Positions 1 through 9,050 of a DNA stretch of 64,000 nucleotides are shown here, piece by piece (the stretch's first letter is position 1; each line of letters starts with the position of its first letter). Source of the DNA: an uncultured virus (IMG/VR IMGVR_UViG_3300017971_003573) (taxonomy: Duplodnaviria; Heunggongvirae; Uroviricota; Caudoviricetes). Location: the IMG/VR virus record IMGVR_UViG_3300017971_003573; one strand, 5' to 3'. Made by a program: the position numbers and the translations under genes. The notes under the pieces are model-generated. The model was not told where the DNA came from. It searched no databases and saw only the letters and a program-made list of their open reading frames with translations.

Positions 1-3
1 ACG

Positions 4-606
4 GTGCCCATCCCGCAAGAGATGCAGAATGCGTCGATCGAAGGTCGGCCTGCGATGAAGTGGAGCGAGCAAAACGCGTTCTACGTCCTCGGCGGCCAAG
101 CCTTCAGGGCTCACGAGCCCGCATTGACGCTCGCCGACGTTGCCAACGCCGTGCCTCGCGATCTGAAGGGCATGGCGTTCCAGCTCTACCTCCGGGACCA
201 GCAGCGATGGTGGAACGACCAGCCGCTGTACGTCTGGGATGAGTGGTCGGCCTATCTCAACGGGCTTGCCACGGCACTGGACGGTGCCCCGGACGGATCG
301 TTCTCCGATGTCTTACAGGCGTTGGAGTTCATGGCCTACGGCATCGTGCTGTTTGGCCAGATCCAAGGGAACATCGTCAAACCATACGGCGACACGTCGT
401 CGACGCATGCCCTGGCGTCGTTCGTTCGGTATCAGTCCGAGCGGACGGCGAGGCTCTACATGGAGTCCAAGCAGACTCCGTTGGACAGTACCAGACAGAC
501 CGACTACATCCGCCGGATGCTCCGGTCGGACGGTTTCAAGCTCTACCGGCATACCCTGAACTCGATGTTCGGGCAGGGGTGGCTGGAGAACCTTTTCAAC
601 TGGTGA
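4..606 (+). CDS. hypothetical protein (may start before the window)
   Basis: 200-aa ORF with genome-typical codon usage, abutting the next gene. Confidence 0.6.
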   Translation: MPIPQEMQNASIEGRPAMKWSEQNAFYVLGGQAFRAHEPALTLADVANAVPRDLKGMAFQLYLRDQQRWWNDQPLYVWDEWSAYLNGLATALDGAPDGSFSDVLQALEFMAYGIVLFGQIQGNIVKPYGDTSSTHALASFVRYQSERTARLYMESKQTPLDSTRQTDYIRRMLRSDGFKLYRHTLNSMFGQGWLENLFNW

Positions 607-609
607 GTA

Positions 610-942
610 ATGGTCGGAAGACTGCAACTGGCCTCGGTCGGCAACCCCGACTTCGGCCAAGACCCCGACGCACCCTACTGGATGTGCGAACCCGACGTCA
701 TGGTGGACGTCGAGACCCTGGAAGAAGCCTCCCAGCGGTGCCGCGACTTCATTCGAGAGAATGAGCTCGGTTGCGGCCACTGGGCAGGCGGCCAGGTCTA
801 CTACGACGGCGAACAGATCGCCTACATCTCCTACAATGGCCGCGTGTGGAAAGACCTCGAACTGCACGAGGACATCACCGGCGACGACTTGAAGATGGAG
901 ATAGATGATTATGCCGACGCGTGCAAGACCCGTGCAAACTGA
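610..942 (+). CDS. hypothetical phage protein
   Basis: 110-aa ORF starting 3 nt after the previous stop. Confidence 0.65.
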   Translation: MVGRLQLASVGNPDFGQDPDAPYWMCEPDVMVDVETLEEASQRCRDFIRENELGCGHWAGGQVYYDGEQIAYISYNGRVWKDLELHEDITGDDLKMEIDDYADACKTRAN

Positions 943-1330
943 GACCACTGTGATCTCATTCCGCATCTTCGTGACGTGGCCTGATGCCGACGTCGATGCG
1001 GTCTACCCTGAGTGCGGAGCTTTGTTCTCCGATCACACGGTCAAGCCCAGCCGTACGCCCACGCGGGCGTCGGTTGAGCGGTTCATCGACGCCGTCCACG
1101 ACGACGTCGAGCTCATAGGACACGACATACGCATGGTCGAGTCAGGATCATTGATGATGGGCTGCTGCTCGATGGTGTTCGAGGTCGACGTCGACCGCAT
1201 CATCGAGCTGGAAGAGCTCATCAGCATTACAGAGGCAGCGGTGAAGCGCTGCCGTCGACAACATGTCCGCTACCACCGTCCCGGCAAGTACCTCCCGTCC
1301 TCGTCGGTGCTGGTAGCAACCCGTGGATAA
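905..1330 (+). CDS. hypothetical protein
   Basis: ORF fills the gap between neighbours; start uncertain. Confidence 0.5.
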   Translation: MIMPTRARPVQTETTVISFRIFVTWPDADVDAVYPECGALFSDHTVKPSRTPTRASVERFIDAVHDDVELIGHDIRMVESGSLMMGCCSMVFEVDVDRIIELEELISITEAAVKRCRRQHVRYHRPGKYLPSSSVLVATRG

Positions 1331-1335
1331 AAACC

Positions 1336-1557
1336 ATGGAACACAGGGTTGTTTTCTCCGAATCGGACTTCGCGCATCTGCTCCTGGGCGGTACAATACG
1401 GATTCCCGCAGGCCGAGACGACGTAGCCGTGTGTCTCACCGACATGGGTTTCCACCGTATGATTGAGCTGGCCCAGGAAGCTGCCGCAGTTCCGCCCGGC
1501 GGCCACCGCGTGGGCCGCGTCCAACGACCAGGAGTCCAAGACATTGGACAGACTTGA
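1336..1557 (+). CDS. hypothetical protein
   Basis: 73-aa ORF in the co-oriented gene series. Confidence 0.5.
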   Translation: MEHRVVFSESDFAHLLLGGTIRIPAGRDDVAVCLTDMGFHRMIELAQEAAAVPPGGHRVGRVQRPGVQDIGQT

Positions 1558-2170
1558 AGAACCGGCGACCGGGCCATCCGGTCATTCCTACACCTTTCTA
1601 GGATTTCACCGGGAGACGGGCGACCCCATCCGGGTCGTCGGCATCAAGCCGCCCCCGAGACTGAACGACATCGATCGTATCGTCTTCGAGGTGCCGCCCT
1701 CCGATACCCCCTACGATGCACACCCCCGCGACGTTGTTGCCACGATCGATGGCAAGCTGTGGCGGGACTTCACACCTCCTGAACCCGAACCCTCGCCCAA
1801 AGTGGATCCCGTCAAAGTGGCGGAGTTCCGGGAGAAGTTCGACGCAAGCGGCACAACGACTTGCCGTTGCAGCTCCGAAGAGCCCCCTGTCTCCAACACG
1901 GGCAAGACTGGTGCTGACAATCAGCCCACGGACGAGGTATGGAACCCCGACGAAGGTCCGGGTGTTCCCACATACTACGTTGACACCGAGAACGGTTCGG
2001 ATGCTACCGGCGACGGTAGCTACGAGCGTCCTTGGCAGTCATTAGCCTTCGCCAAGGCGTGGATTCGCGTCGAAAAGGGAGGCGACTACAAATGTATTAT
2101 CCGTGAAGGCTGTGCCTTGTTGGCCACCCTGCCGGATAACCCCTCGTTCTTGAAGACCGAGTCGGTCTGA
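1544..2170 (+). CDS. hypothetical protein with a C-terminal beta-helix N-cap-like (DUF1565-like) motif
   Basis: TTG start after AGGAG; motif YYVDTENGSDATGDGSYERPWQSLAFA. Confidence 0.5.
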   Translation: MDRLEEPATGPSGHSYTFLGFHRETGDPIRVVGIKPPPRLNDIDRIVFEVPPSDTPYDAHPRDVVATIDGKLWRDFTPPEPEPSPKVDPVKVAEFREKFDASGTTTCRCSSEEPPVSNTGKTGADNQPTDEVWNPDEGPGVPTYYVDTENGSDATGDGSYERPWQSLAFAKAWIRVEKGGDYKCIIREGCALLATLPDNPSFLKTESV

Positions 2171-2250
2171 CAGACGAACAAACCCCGCACTCGCGACCTG
2201 GCTGCGGGCCTCCGTGCGCGTAGCCGATAAGGTTGTGGAGGAGGACTCTG

Positions 2251-3294
2251 ATGAATTTTGACGACATCAAGATCGTCACGGAACGTGGCAGGAGCCCGTA
2301 TCCCAAGTTCACGGAAGAGATCGCGAGAGAAGAGATGAAGAAGACCAAGTTGGCCGTGGCCAAGGTTTACTTCATCGACGACATGGCGGCCAAGTGGATG
2401 ATGTCCATCAACACTGACCGCAACAGGAAGCCGCACGACGCCGACTTCCTGGTACGTGCCCATCTCCAGGATGAGTTCGAGCTCACCACCGACAGCATCG
2501 GGATCACGCCCGAGCTGGAGATGTATAACGGCCAAAACCGTTTACGCACGTTTCTCCGAGCCCGCCGGATCGCGGCGGAGCTGGGCCACCCGGGAGTCGT
2601 GAAAGGATTCCCGTGCATTGTGATGCTCAACGCACCACAGATCGGCGCCCAGAAGGAGGGAGAGAATGCACCCAAGAAGGCACACGAGATTGCCAAATTC
2701 ATGGGTATTGACATGAGCGCCGTCGAGGGGCGCGTGTCTCGTCGTATGCTGAGCGGTATCGATCACCGTAACAAGTTCTCCAACGACGAGATCATCAAAT
2801 ACTACCTCGAACGCCGGGCGGCGATCCGCTGGGTGTGCGACTTGCTGAAGGGTCGTGGCGACACAACGGTGTATGCGGATGCAATCACCGACGAGCTGCG
2901 GGCCATCATGGCGAGAGCCTACATTCTCGGTAACCCGAAGGAAGCCGTTAAGGACCGCTTGAGTGTCTTCGCGAAGATCCTCAAGACCGGTGTCACAGAC
3001 GGTACTCAGCGTCAGCAAATGGTCGCGAACTTCGCCGACCGGATGCGCAAGTGGAAGCTCCAGGGTGGAGACTTCCGCCGGTGGGCCTACGCCCTTACCG
3101 ACATGACGCTGGACGTCTGGATTAACGGAGGTCAGGTGCTGCGGTACCCGAGGAAGCTCTACCGATCGGAGAGCATTCTCGAACCGACCGCCGCTGTGAT
3201 CAAATTCTTCGGCGGATGGGAGCTGGCTCCGCTGGAAGACTACGTCGAGAACTTCCCCGTTCACAAGAGCGAACGGGCCTTGGCGAAAGAATAG
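2251..3294 (+). CDS. ParB/Srx-like (DGQHR-type) domain protein
   Basis: GGAGGAGG RBS; NTDRNR...ELTTDSIGI...YNGQNRL resembles the ParB-like N-terminal DGQHRL motif. Confidence 0.6.
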   Translation: MNFDDIKIVTERGRSPYPKFTEEIAREEMKKTKLAVAKVYFIDDMAAKWMMSINTDRNRKPHDADFLVRAHLQDEFELTTDSIGITPELEMYNGQNRLRTFLRARRIAAELGHPGVVKGFPCIVMLNAPQIGAQKEGENAPKKAHEIAKFMGIDMSAVEGRVSRRMLSGIDHRNKFSNDEIIKYYLERRAAIRWVCDLLKGRGDTTVYADAITDELRAIMARAYILGNPKEAVKDRLSVFAKILKTGVTDGTQRQQMVANFADRMRKWKLQGGDFRRWAYALTDMTLDVWINGGQVLRYPRKLYRSESILEPTAAVIKFFGGWELAPLEDYVENFPVHKSERALAKE

Positions 3295-3306
3295 ACGGCT
3301 CGCTGT

Positions 3307-3347
3307 AAGCCCCGGGAGCACCGCTGCTCCCGGGGCTTTGTTCGTTT
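3307..3347 (+). terminator. intrinsic terminator-like hairpin
   Basis: Perfect 14-bp stem AAGCCCCGGGAGCA / TGCTCCCGGGGCTT, 4-nt loop, T-rich tail. Confidence 0.7.
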
Positions 3348-3376
3348 CCACACCACATGTTCAGGAGAACATTCAC

Positions 3377-4369
3377 ATGATGACGACTGATTCTCGGACG
3401 GAACAGTTTCTCACTTGGCTCGGGCTGAAGTGGGAATACGTGAACGACGTGACGTTCTACCAACTGGTCAACGGCTGGGAGACAAACAATCTCGGTCGTT
3501 CCAAGGACAGGGTAGACAGCGCTGTAAAGGAATACAAAGCGCTGATGGAGAGCGGCAGTCCGGCCCCTGCTCCAATGATCTGGTTTGATCCAAAGCTCGA
3601 CGCCTTTGTTGTACTGGACGGTGTCCAGCGACTGCTGGCAGAGAAGGACTGTGGTAGCACGTCGTTCTCGGCCTACGTGGTCAAGACCACCTCGCGGAAG
3701 GCCGTGAAGAAGGTCCGCGTGGCCTCCAATCCTCGTTTGCAGGGCGGCCACCAGGACAACCCCGAGTGGACGCTCTGCAACATCGTCCGTGAGCTGACCG
3801 ACTCGGGCTGCTCTACGAAGGAGATCGCTGCACTGTGCGGCTGGGCACCGAGCGTCGTTGCCGACAAGCAGGCTGTGCAGAAGACACAGCGGCTGATCAC
3901 CGAATGCGGCGGCCCGGAGGACTTCCCCGATACGATACTCCGTGTCTTCGGGCAACACGTCAGGGAGGTTGACTTCCAAGTGGCTGCTGCCCCGGTCAAG
4001 GAGTTCTGCGTTCTTATCAAACAGACGCAGTTCAGCGCCGAGGATGCCGAGCCTTGGATCGAGGCGTTCTTCGATGTTCCGCGCTCTTCGCGGGGTAAGC
4101 TCCACGATCGCTTCAAGAAGGAGCTGAAGGCATTCGAGGAAAATCCCGAAATCCAGTTGCGGATACAGGATCCCAAGCGGCACCGGAAGGCGCAGTTGAC
4201 GCCGGACGGGCGCTTGAACAAAGCGATCTCCGGGTGTCTTACTACCGTGCGGCGTATCAACAAGAAGCACGAGATCATCTACGACAATATCACCGAGCAT
4301 TGTCGTACACTCAACGAGATTAAGAAAATCTTGAAGATGATCGAGGCTTATAGCCGGAAAGGTAAGTGA
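3377..4369 (+). CDS. ParB/Spo0J-like protein (ParB domain plus HTH)
   Basis: PAPMIW...VVLDGVQRLLA motif followed by HTH-like GCSTKEIAALCGWAPSVV; AGGAG RBS. Confidence 0.65.
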   Translation: MMTTDSRTEQFLTWLGLKWEYVNDVTFYQLVNGWETNNLGRSKDRVDSAVKEYKALMESGSPAPAPMIWFDPKLDAFVVLDGVQRLLAEKDCGSTSFSAYVVKTTSRKAVKKVRVASNPRLQGGHQDNPEWTLCNIVRELTDSGCSTKEIAALCGWAPSVVADKQAVQKTQRLITECGGPEDFPDTILRVFGQHVREVDFQVAAAPVKEFCVLIKQTQFSAEDAEPWIEAFFDVPRSSRGKLHDRFKKELKAFEENPEIQLRIQDPKRHRKAQLTPDGRLNKAISGCLTTVRRINKKHEIIYDNITEHCRTLNEIKKILKMIEAYSRKGK

Positions 4370-5064
4370 TGCCGAGGCACAAGACTGTTGTAGAGCTGGC
4401 GAAGCATCTCGTCAGTGACAAGGCTGCGCTGCGTAAGTTGAAGGCAGTCGAGCAGTACATCAGCCAACTCAAGGCGGACAAGAAGGACGCCGTACGTGAC
4501 ATGGGTTATGCAAAGGACGAACTGTCTGCTGCAAGAGCCAATCACAACAACGAGCTCGCGACCATCCAGGAGTTGCGCCGCGAGCTTGAATCGGCCCAGG
4601 CCCGTATCAAGAACCTGGACCGCGACTTTCTGGTGGCGGCGAAGGAGAACGAGAGGCTGGAGGAACTCCTGGAGCCGCCACTACCTACGCTGTCGCACGC
4701 CCCCAGCGGGCGCATCCCCGACATCGAACGCGTGATGCGTATCGCCAAGGAACTGCGACGCCGAGTCAAGGTTCCGCCCATACTCGACGTCAGCTTGAAA
4801 GGGCCGAAGTTCGAGATACCCGTCGAGCTCAGCGAATTAGTGTGGGAGTTCTCGCATGAGCAGTACGTCAACCTTGGCATGTTCGTCTCACTGATGTGCC
4901 TGATGGGCTTCAAGGTCAGGGTTAGCGATGCTGCGATGGACCGCGCGAACGGTGCTTGGGAACCCAAGCACATAGAGCAGTTCATGCGGTGGTTCTGCGA
5001 GTGGATGCAACCGCATCTCCCGCCAGAGGGTGAGCTGCCGCCCATGGTGCGCCGCCCAGTTTGA
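4369..5064 (+). CDS. hypothetical coiled-coil protein
   Basis: Overlaps the previous stop; heptad-rich N-terminal half. Confidence 0.6.
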   Translation: MPRHKTVVELAKHLVSDKAALRKLKAVEQYISQLKADKKDAVRDMGYAKDELSAARANHNNELATIQELRRELESAQARIKNLDRDFLVAAKENERLEELLEPPLPTLSHAPSGRIPDIERVMRIAKELRRRVKVPPILDVSLKGPKFEIPVELSELVWEFSHEQYVNLGMFVSLMCLMGFKVRVSDAAMDRANGAWEPKHIEQFMRWFCEWMQPHLPPEGELPPMVRRPV

Positions 5065-5078
5065 TACACTCCCCTGGA

Positions 5079-5150
5079 GGCCCTAGAAGCGGCTCTCCCG
5101 TCCACAGGTCAAATCATACGCCGTGGGCGGCTTGAGTCGCTTCTAGGGCC
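5079..5150 (+). other. long imperfect intergenic hairpin
   Basis: 17-bp stem 5079-5095/5134-5150 and 8-bp stem 5098-5105/5123-5130, each with one G-U pair. Confidence 0.7.
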
Positions 5151-5182
5151 ATTTTCGTGGATTCTAGCACTATCAGGAGACC

Positions 5183-6430
5183 ATGATGTCCCTAGACCAT
5201 GCCGCGCTCGAAGCGCAAATCGAAGAGACCGTCGAAATCCTCCACCTGACGGGGGATGCGAACCTACTCCGCTATGAGCGGGCCTCCGTCGAGGCCCTGC
5301 TGCTGGCGAGCTACAAGGCCCAGCTCCGCCGGGCACTCGATACGCGATACCCGGACACGGTGGCCCCGAAGAAGCCGCTGGTCGAGGACGTTGCCCCGCT
5401 CGTGCCTCCGCTACATCCGACCGTCCTGCCAGAGCAGCAGGCATTTAACTACAAGGCCCTGGAGCGGCGGCAGGACAAGCGGGAGCTCAAGGCGGCGGTC
5501 CAGGCCCTCTCCACCACCGACAAGATCATCTTGCGGACCACCTTGAACAAGTGGTGGGCGGACCTGTCGTCGGACCCGAACTCCGTCGACGCCCAGGAAG
5601 CGCGGAAGGCGGTCACTGCCACGGAAGAGGTATTGTCCGACTACATCGAGCCGCCGACCCCGGAGCAGTCCGAGTGGCTGGCCGGGCAGTGGGAGGACTT
5701 CCTCGACCGCCTCGAACCGGCTGCCAGGGCTGCCCTGGAAGCGTCGGGACGGCAGATCGAGGCAGTTTTCAACCGCCACATTCGGGCGACCGAGTCCGAT
5801 ATGCGGAGCGCCTGCCAGAAGATCCAGGATCTCCAGGGCCGCGTGCTGCTCCTGGAGCAGGACGCCGACCCCGACGCCAAGGAAGAGGTCGTCGAGATCC
5901 AGGAGGGTCGCCCGGGGGATACCAAGTCCAACATCGCCGAGAAGTGCGGCAAGGCGCTGGGCAGGCCCGTCGTCGACGGCGAGGGCAAGCCCGTTCTTCG
6001 TACGATCTGGGGCTGCCGCTTCAACATGGAGGCCACCGTCACGGTTGAGTTCCCCGGCACCGGAGAGGAGGCCATGAACCGTTTCAAGCACTGGAAGGCC
6101 CAGATGTGCAACCTCGTCGACGCGGTGTCCGCTCAGAAGACTGGCGTGGCCGACTTCGAGATCGTTCTCGACGACGATCCCCCCACGGTGGTGTGCATTG
6201 ACACGGACGGCGACGAGATTGTACCGGCGAACGATGAGCGGTACTTCGTCGCCGAGGTCACGGCTGCCGGGGACGAGTTCATTCTGTGCGTCACCGTAAC
6301 CTCCGGCGAGCTGCTGGAGCTGTACTGCGCCGACAAGTACACTGAGGTCGCCCGAGCGCAGGATCGCGACGGCATTCTGGAAGAGGCACGGAGGCGGAAC
6401 ATCCCGGAGGAGTACCTGGAATGGCTTTAG
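5183..6430 (+). CDS. hypothetical protein
   Basis: 415-aa ORF, AGGAG RBS. Confidence 0.7.
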   Translation: MMSLDHAALEAQIEETVEILHLTGDANLLRYERASVEALLLASYKAQLRRALDTRYPDTVAPKKPLVEDVAPLVPPLHPTVLPEQQAFNYKALERRQDKRELKAAVQALSTTDKIILRTTLNKWWADLSSDPNSVDAQEARKAVTATEEVLSDYIEPPTPEQSEWLAGQWEDFLDRLEPAARAALEASGRQIEAVFNRHIRATESDMRSACQKIQDLQGRVLLLEQDADPDAKEEVVEIQEGRPGDTKSNIAEKCGKALGRPVVDGEGKPVLRTIWGCRFNMEATVTVEFPGTGEEAMNRFKHWKAQMCNLVDAVSAQKTGVADFEIVLDDDPPTVVCIDTDGDEIVPANDERYFVAEVTAAGDEFILCVTVTSGELLELYCADKYTEVARAQDRDGILEEARRRNIPEEYLEWL

Positions 6431-6588
6431 TCAAATCCTGGGCTGTGATACTCCCGGTAGCAGCCGTCGTGGGTTTTACGTTAGGATGGGAGACCGCCGG
6501 TGGCGTGGTAGCCGGAGCGGCAGCGATGACCTGTTGGCTACTAGCCACCCGGCCACACAGTTCCGACTCTACCCCGGACCACTGGTGA
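6421..6588 (+). CDS. small membrane protein (55 aa; not in the ORF track)
   Basis: MALVKSWAVILPVAAVVGFTLGWETAGGVVAGAAAMTCWLLATRPHSSDSTPDHW; GGAGG upstream; two hydrophobic segments. Confidence 0.55.
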   Translation: MALVKSWAVILPVAAVVGFTLGWETAGGVVAGAAAMTCWLLATRPHSSDSTPDHW

Positions 6589-6795
6589 TATTTTTACAAT
6601 GACGGCTTCTTCGAGGCGGGCGCTAGACCGCCCTCGAAGAGAATAGCTGTAAAGCAAGTATATTATTTCTTTAATATATTCGGTTTCGCCGGGAAAAACC
6701 GTTCATAACTCCTTTATTATCACGGAGTTAGGAGCGGTGCTCCCGGGCGAAAATACGCGCACTTTAACCTATTGGGAAACCGGAGGGCGACACGG

Positions 6796-7035
6796 ATGCC
6801 TGAAATCCCGCGTGAATGCCCCAAGTGTGGCAAGGTTGGCTACTGGCACCGGGAGGTGCAAGAGGTCGGTGACGAAGACTACCCGGACGAGATTCATGTC
6901 TGGTTCGTCTGCGAGACCGGGCTATCCACTTCGGATGTCTACGAGAGGATGGCGGCGTCGGTCCACGGCTCGGAGAGCAAGGCCGACCCGATCTGCGGCC
7001 ACGAGACTGAGAAGGTCATTTACAAACCCCATTAG
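6796..7035 (+). CDS. small Cys-containing (Zn-ribbon-like) protein
   Basis: GGAGG RBS; CPKC...C...CGH. Confidence 0.6.
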   Translation: MPEIPRECPKCGKVGYWHREVQEVGDEDYPDEIHVWFVCETGLSTSDVYERMAASVHGSESKADPICGHETEKVIYKPH

Positions 7036-7292
7036 TACAAGTACGGCGCTTCTTAACCGTTTGCGCCTCCTTTTCCACAGAATGAAGACTTTATGCTATA
7101 CGCGCCATGCGATCGACACGTCGAAGTTCTGGGGCCATAACCTACTACTACAGTTGCACTTAGTGACGCCAAAAAGTCGTCGGAATAGGCGCCAGGAATT
7201 TCTGGATTTAGTGCAACTTTAATCTATGCGCTTCACACGACCATGTATGTCAAGCGTGAGAACTTTACGATTGCGTTTTTCGCCTATGAAAA

Positions 7293-7311
7293 GGCGGTAA
7301 TTAGAAACCAA
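7293..7311 (+). promoter_or_regulatory. 19-bp motif GGCGGTAATTAGAAACCAA, copy 1 (putative phage promoter/operator)
   Basis: Exact copies at 7293, 28375 and 45968, each just upstream of a gene start. Confidence 0.75.
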
Positions 7312-7321
7312 GGAGAGAGCG

Positions 7322-7669
7322 ATGCCCAAGATCGCAACAGTCGTGCAGTTGGACACCAAAGAACTCAACCACCTGGTCCAGGACCATGCCAAGGACGCCG
7401 CCAAGGCCGAGGCCGGGGGCTCCTCGATCAAGTGGATCGTCGAGGGTGGCGAGGTGAAGGGAGCCATCGTCCGCTTCGGCTCCAAGGTCGACGAGGAGGC
7501 GGCGCTCGAAGAGCCCGAGGTGGTCGAGCCGGAGTCTGGCCTGCCGGAACCGGCACCCGGGTACGAGCAGCAGAAGCCGCGCCCCAAGCCGAGCGACGCG
7601 TTCGGCGCGGGGATCGGAACCACGGTGCCCACCGACGCCGAGACCACCAAGGCCGTGGAGACCAGATGA
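7322..7669 (+). CDS. hypothetical protein
   Basis: AGGAG RBS directly after the 19-bp motif. Confidence 0.7.
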   Translation: MPKIATVVQLDTKELNHLVQDHAKDAAKAEAGGSSIKWIVEGGEVKGAIVRFGSKVDEEAALEEPEVVEPESGLPEPAPGYEQQKPRPKPSDAFGAGIGTTVPTDAETTKAVETR

Positions 7670-8205
7670 TCGGGTTGTACTGGCGAATTCTCCGCGACCA
7701 CGCGGGACGGCCTGCGACGCTGTTCCACGGGATCGACGGAAGCCGGTACCTCGACCTCGATACCTGGCATCGGGCCAGGGTGCGTCCTGTCACTGACGGC
7801 ACGCGTACTCAGTCAACATCCTACTACGCCGGGTTCCACGTCATGGAGACCTTCAACGAGGTCTTATCATACGCCCAGCGATTCAAGAACACCGCCGACC
7901 TCGTCATCGTCCAGGTGGCGGTCGGCGGTGCTTGTTGGTACAAACGACACAGCCCGGACAACGTCCGGCTGGCGTCACACCTGATGATCCCGAGCGACCA
8001 ATGGTCGGCAAGGAGGATCGTATGCCCATCACTGTGGGAGAAGTCCGAAAGGCGTTTGCAAATTGCGACGCGGACGAGATTGTCAAACTTGTTATTCAGG
8101 ACGGCGGCGACGAGATCGACGAGATCGATTTCATCGGTGTCGAAGTTCGAGAGCTCCCTACGGGCTCCGAGCCACTCCCCATCATTGACTGTCTCGTCGA
8201 GATGA
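7666..8205 (+). CDS. hypothetical phage protein
   Basis: ATGA overlap with the upstream stop. Confidence 0.55.
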   Translation: MIGLYWRILRDHAGRPATLFHGIDGSRYLDLDTWHRARVRPVTDGTRTQSTSYYAGFHVMETFNEVLSYAQRFKNTADLVIVQVAVGGACWYKRHSPDNVRLASHLMIPSDQWSARRIVCPSLWEKSERRLQIATRTRLSNLLFRTAATRSTRSISSVSKFESSLRAPSHSPSLTVSSR

Positions 8206-8219
8206 AGGAGGAGTGCTGA
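8022..8219 (+). CDS. small acidic hypothetical protein
   Basis: AGGAGG RBS; MPITVGEVRKAF... Confidence 0.55.
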   Translation: MPITVGEVRKAFANCDADEIVKLVIQDGGDEIDEIDFIGVEVRELPTGSEPLPIIDCLVEMKEEC

Positions 8220-8548
8220 TGCCGAGACTTACCTTGTACGTGCTCAGTTACGAGCACATCGACATCACTACTGAGTATTACTTCACGCCTGAGACCTCGC
8301 CGCTCGACCCAGTGTGCGACGAGACCGTTGCCCGCCAAGCGTGCGCAGCCGCAGGCTGGGAGGGTGATGGTGACTTTGGTCTTATCTGGTTGCCGCCGTT
8401 CATGCTCGACTGGGACACGTACGGTCTAATGTTGTGGCACGTCAAGCAACAGAACGATGGAACGAGTTGGATCTGCTCCGACCGCCCATTTGAGACTGCT
8501 GGGGGCTGCTGGCACCAGGTCTTGGTCGAGGTACCTGACCCGAATTAG
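8219..8548 (+). CDS. hypothetical protein
   Basis: Coupled start; AGGAGG RBS. Confidence 0.6.
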   Translation: MPRLTLYVLSYEHIDITTEYYFTPETSPLDPVCDETVARQACAAAGWEGDGDFGLIWLPPFMLDWDTYGLMLWHVKQQNDGTSWICSDRPFETAGGCWHQVLVEVPDPN

Positions 8549-8556
8549 GAGCGGCG

Positions 8557-9048
8557 ATGCACAGTCGAACCAAGGGTGGCCAAGCGGTGCTGAACCTGGC
8601 CGTTGTACCCTTCAACTCGTGTGGCCGCCTGGTCACATATCCAGTCAAGGGTTCGATCGTTCGACGAAAGAAGCCCGAGAAACTGGAGTACCAAATCTGG
8701 TCAATCGACGGGAAGGTTGATGTCGTCTGGCATCGCAACCCCGAAGACAACCTCATCATCCCGGAGGGCCTTATGCCGAAGCTCTGGATCGTGACGTACG
8801 TGTGGAAGACCGAAGGTGGCGTGGCAATGGCCGAAACCATCCCGGTAGTCCAGGAAGACAAACCGCTTCTGGGCGAGATGCTCGAAGCGTTGGGTGACAA
8901 ACTCGGTGACGAGGACGATCCCGACATTGAAGCTCACGGGCCTTACAACCTCGTGGAGCTGATGTACCATTCTGAAACGAAGGTAAGGCCGACAGGCCCA
9001 GCCGACGACGGCAAGGACATCCGTTGTCGGGGAATCACACCGAGGTGA
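8557..9048 (+). CDS. hypothetical protein
   Basis: AGGAG RBS; 163 aa. Confidence 0.6.
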   Translation: MHSRTKGGQAVLNLAVVPFNSCGRLVTYPVKGSIVRRKKPEKLEYQIWSIDGKVDVVWHRNPEDNLIIPEGLMPKLWIVTYVWKTEGGVAMAETIPVVQEDKPLLGEMLEALGDKLGDEDDPDIEAHGPYNLVELMYHSETKVRPTGPADDGKDIRCRGITPR

Positions 9049-9050
9049 CC

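Noticed and set aside
7071..7079. DnaA box TTTTCCACA
   Set aside because: Single copy; expected by chance and no cluster.
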